Shown here one piece after another: positions 62,779 through 64,000 of a stretch of 64,000 nt of DNA. How positions within the stretch are numbered: the first letter of the stretch is position 1; each line of letters opens with the position of its first letter. The DNA is taken from the NCBI GenBank assembly GCA_039794085.1, contig JBDIWC010000015.1, positions 1-64,000 of the forward strand, read 5' to 3'. Source of the stretch: Gemmatimonadales bacterium. GTDB lineage: Bacteria > Gemmatimonadota > Gemmatimonadetes > Gemmatimonadales > GWC2-71-9. The notes under the pieces are model-generated. The model saw nothing but the letters and a program-made list of their open reading frames with translations, had not been told where the DNA came from and ran no database searches. The translations under genes were made by a program, and so were the position numbers.

Positions 62779-63915
62779 TCAGGAACTGACGAGTCCTCGC
62801 ACCCGGATCCCCCCGTTCGACGTCAGGAACGCCGACCGGAGAGCAACCCCCGACACCCGGCTGACCGCAGTGGCCGTCTCCGGCGTCAGGAGGGCCAGCC
62901 CAGGCGCCCCGGGCCGCGCCGACCGTGCCAGCTCCCCCAGCTCGGCGTGGACCCCTCTCAGCGCCTCTGGACGCCCCACACGCACCCCATAGGGAGGGTT
63001 GCTCACTATCAGACTCCCGGACGACGAACCACGCCAATCACGCAGGTCGGCCCGTCTCCAGGTGACGTCCTCCGCCACACCGGCGCGCTCCGCGTTCCGC
63101 TCCGCGGCAGCCAGTGCAGTGACACTCCTGTCTCCCCCCATGATCGGAGCTGTTGCCCGGGGGAGGATTCCGGCCCGAGCCTCCTCCCGGACCCGCGCCG
63201 CCAGCGCCGGGTCATGGCCCGGCCACCGTTCGCAGGCGAAGGACCGGTTCAGCCCCGGGGGGATCCGTCGGGCGATGAGAGCCGCCTCGATGGGGAAGGT
63301 CCCCGATCCCGACATGGGATCGAGCAGCGGAGTGGTTCCACTCCATCCGGATGCCATGAGGAGTGCCGCGGCGATAGTCTCCCGAACCGGCGCCTCACCT
63401 CCCTCCGACCGGTATCCCCGCCGGTGCAGGTTGACCCCCGACGAATCCACCCGCACCTGGCATCGATCGTGGGACATACGGACGAGGACGAGCTGCGATG
63501 CGCTCTCCTCCACCTCCGACCCGGGGACAACCGTCCAGCCGGAATCCACCTTGGCGAGCACGCCAGCCACCCGCTCGGCGATCCCTCGTTGATGGTACAG
63601 GCGCGAAGTACGCGAGGTGACTCGAAGCGACACCGGGACGCCCTTCGGAAGGACCCGTGACCAAGGGAGTGCGGCCAGCCGATCCTCCAACTGGTAGAAG
63701 GTGGCCGCATGGAACTCCCCGATCCGCACCAAAATCCGGCTCGCGGTGCGGAGATGAAGGTTGGCCAGGAAGAGACCCCGCGAGTCGGTCCGGATCCCGA
63801 CGCCCCCCGGCTCCGTTCCATCCACCGTGAGTCCGAGGTCGCGACACTCGCCGGCCGTGATCTCCTCGACTCCCGGAGGCGTCACGACGTGGCACTCGAG
63901 CTGCTCAGCTTTCAT
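62779..63915 (-). CDS. THUMP-domain RNA methyltransferase (RlmL-like)
   Basis: LRTASRILV, DSSG.NLHRRGYR, APVRETIAAALL, LDPMSGSGT, IVSNPPYG.R. Confidence 0.92.
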   Translation of the reverse strand: MKAEQLECHVVTPPGVEEITAGECRDLGLTVDGTEPGGVGIRTDSRGLFLANLHLRTASRILVRIGEFHAATFYQLEDRLAALPWSRVLPKGVPVSLRVTSRTSRLYHQRGIAERVAGVLAKVDSGWTVVPGSEVEESASQLVLVRMSHDRCQVRVDSSGVNLHRRGYRSEGGEAPVRETIAAALLMASGWSGTTPLLDPMSGSGTFPIEAALIARRIPPGLNRSFACERWPGHDPALAARVREEARAGILPRATAPIMGGDRSVTALAAAERNAERAGVAEDVTWRRADLRDWRGSSSGSLIVSNPPYGVRVGRPEALRGVHAELGELARSARPGAPGLALLTPETATAVSRVSGVALRSAFLTSNGGIRVRGLVSS

Positions 63916-63947
63916 CGCGGGAATGTACTCGGGGATACCGATGCTTG

Positions 63948-64000
63948 GAGGGCGCCGCTTGCCGTCGTGGGTGCGCCGCTTGCCGTCGTGGGTGCGCCTT
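63948..64000. repeat. Tandem 21-bp half-REP units (truncated by the window end)
   Basis: GTGGGTGCGCCGCTTGCCGTC repeated, with the same core as 62535-62736. Confidence 0.8.

Noticed and set aside
62524..63660. ORF with CGCADWTP repeats resembling a Cys-rich RiPP precursor or metallothionein
   Set aside because: It is a translation of the 24-bp half-REP tandem, runs antisense into the methyltransferase gene, and has no modifying enzymes nearby.

Overview
A very GC-rich bacterial chromosomal window. GC is roughly 70% by eye (not computed), and the gene style suggests Gemmatimonadota (inference). Most of the ~52 supportable CDSs are core metabolism and DNA-handling genes: nifJ-type PFOR plus a DHODH-like partner, pilT, MATE, pyrimidine-nucleoside phosphorylase, ligA, a TldD/TldE-like pair, PTPS-folE-SDR, HU, tdk, coaE, gcvH-gcvP-lipoyl ligase family, an Opp/Dpp ABC transporter, PhzF-like and a THUMP methyltransferase. 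Five things stand out. (1) A tightly coupled archaeal-style nurA-herA-mre11-rad50 operon (46601-40053) with a GNAT gene coupled at its end. (2) A DUF559 nuclease gene bracketed by inverted palindromic repeats. (3) Intergenic regions filled with several repeat families: 9-nt-periodic inverted arms around variable spacers, heptamer arrays, CGTC-tagged and GTGG-tagged palindromes, and a ~320-370 bp dispersed element. (4) Several apparent pseudo-enzymes: a DEAD-box/DbpA protein with no ATPase motifs, TldD with HExxGH changed to HRxxGH, and a DHODH-like protein lacking the catalytic Cys. (5) Two gene remnants: an internally deleted msrA and a frameshifted HAD fragment. No rRNA, tRNA, CRISPR array or transposase was recognised. 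All calls come from reading motifs by eye; no database search was run, and start codons were chosen from overlaps and RBS motifs.
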